Below are positions 62,075-64,000 of a stretch of 64,000 bases of DNA, piece after piece. Source of the DNA: Asterias rubens (taxonomy: Eukaryota). A program made the position numbers and the translations under genes. The stretch lies in contig NC_047074.1 in NCBI RefSeq assembly GCF_902459465.1, forward strand, positions 11,656,001 through 11,720,000, written 5' to 3'. Numbering within the stretch: the stretch's first letter is position 1; each line of letters begins with the position of its first letter. The notes beneath the pieces are model-generated. The model made no database searches and was not told where the DNA came from. It saw nothing but the letters and a program-made list of their open reading frames with translations.

Positions 62075-64000
62075 TTTATTAATTATTTTGTCTGAAACTT
62101 GAAATGAATGTGTGGAACGAACGGTGTTGGTCTTGGAGAATAGAAAGCCATGGGTTAACTCTCCCCGGAGGAAAACATTTCCATTGGATTCCATTTGAGT
62201 TCCATCGATATTTTGAATGGGATTTAATGGAATTCCTTTCATGTTTTAATGAAATTCAATTAGAGTGGACCTAGCTTGGCCCAATTTCATAGAGCTGCTA
62301 ACCACACAGATTTGCTTAGCATGATTTTTTGTTTTGCCTTGATAAAAATAGGATTACCCTACACAAACCAAACTTCCAAGTGCTATTTTCAGGATAATGA
62401 AAAAAACAGCAGCTGAATAACAAGAAAAGGAAATTTGGTTAAGTAACGTTGTTTTTATCAAGGAAGAAATTTAATGCTAAGCTATAATTTCGTGCTGAGC
62501 AGCTCAATGAAATTGGGCCCAGTTGGGTTCAACGGGATCCCCTGTGAATCCCATATTGGATGCCATTGAATATTAAATAACTGTCCCTCCTACCACAACA
62601 ATCCCATTGAGTTTGAATCCAATATCCCGATAAAATCTTCAAAGGGATCCAATATTTTCCAAGTTTTTTTTTCCTAGGCTGTTGTTGAAAAAAAATCTTG
62701 CCCCAGTACGTTATCCCTACTCTTGAGATAATTTTTTTCATTGGGTATTATTATTAGCCTTGATTGAAAATGTGTATTATTAATAAACCTGCTGTCGATG
62801 TCAACACTTTTCTTCCTAATTTAGGATTAGTCTTTAGGACTTAAGACGAGTTAAAGGCAGTGGACACTAATGGTAATTACTCAAAATAATTATTAGCATA
62901 AAACCTTACTTGGTAACGCCTGGGGAGAGGTTGGTAGTATAGAACATTGTGAGAAACGGCTCCCTCCGAAGTGGAGTACTTTTCAAGAAAGAAGTAATAT
63001 TCCACGAATTTGATTTCGAGACCTCGGATTTAGAATTAGTTTGAGGTCTTGAAATCAAGCATCTGAAAGCACACAACTTCGTGCGACAAGAGTATTTTTT
63101 CCGATATTTTTATCACGCAACTTCGATGACCGATCAAGCTCAAACTTTCACAGGTTTGTTAACATTATGTTGAGATACACGAACTGAGATTGACAATTAC
63201 CAATAGTGTCCACTGTCTTTTATTTCCGTATTCATAGACGCCTACGGGACGAATTGAACCCATCCTAGGACGGGTTACTCGTCCTAACTCGAGATGGATT
63301 ATGCGTTTCGTGATCGTTAGCAGGGGTACGAATTATCCTTGGTTGGGGGGGGGGGGGGGGGGGGGGGCTGGTGCCAAGTCTGTCCGCCAGACATTCGGCC
63401 CCTCGTGGGAAGTTAATGCGGGCTATAAGTAGGATGACCGATACGAGAGGGTGCATGCTTTTTAAGTTATCTCCCCCCCCCCCTGCCCTTGATGCTAAAA
63501 ATTTGTACAATAATAAACCACACTGATTCAAGGCGATTAGTGGATATAGTGGGCCTACACTGAAGAAGAAAATACACTGGCTATTTTTATTCAATCTAAT
63601 GCTCCACATGACGAGTGCTCTGGCACGATGAGCTCACGAGACCACCCCCACCCCCCTTTCCCGCCGGCGTATTATTTTTGTTTTGTTTTATCCCGCATAG
63701 GGTTTGTACTGTTCCTGGTCTGATTAGGAGAATACGTTGCAATGCTTTTTGAAATAATCCTCCATTGGGGAGGCGTGCATAACGGTGCAATTATTAAAAT
63801 TGAAATCCTTCGAGAGAGAACATGTGCTACAGTGCCCTCATGTTAAGACACTAATAGGGAGTATTTATAGTACAAACCCCCTCGCTGTAGTGTTAAAAAA
63901 CACTCCACCCCAGACCGCCCGAGTGACCCTTGAACTTTACATTACCCCCTCTCTGAGAGTTTAAAGCAGACGGCGGTAGAGGGCGCTGCTCATTGTTGTT

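Overview
This is AT-rich, intron-rich eukaryotic (animal) genomic DNA packed with MITEs and SINEs. It is probably from an invertebrate deuterostome; a sea star is my guess from the repeat families and is unverified. By hand-splicing GT-AG exons and checking phases I reconstruct nine genes, in order: (1) a 9-exon, 14-finger C2H2 zinc-finger gene on the minus strand (42-7782); (2) a divergently transcribed SLC19 thiamine/folate transporter (11940-17304); (3) a complete 14-exon ATG16L1 (20294-34237); (4-5) two tandem GAPR-1/GLIPR2-like CAP genes on the minus strand, one with two CAP domains and one reduced to a single domain with a decayed pseudo-exon; (6) a 76-aa MGC-acylated orphan microprotein carrying lysosomal sorting motifs (48856-49086); (7-9) three intronless KCTD6/11/21-like BTB genes, one truncated by a frameshift. 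The best leads are the microprotein, the MGC-acylated gene cluster next to ATG16L1, an in-frame synonymously diverged peptide repeat past the zinc-finger stop codon, hammerhead-ribozyme relics in both GAPR-1 leaders, and gene-conversion-like mosaicism in the KCTD BTB domains. There is no prokaryotic, phage or CRISPR content.
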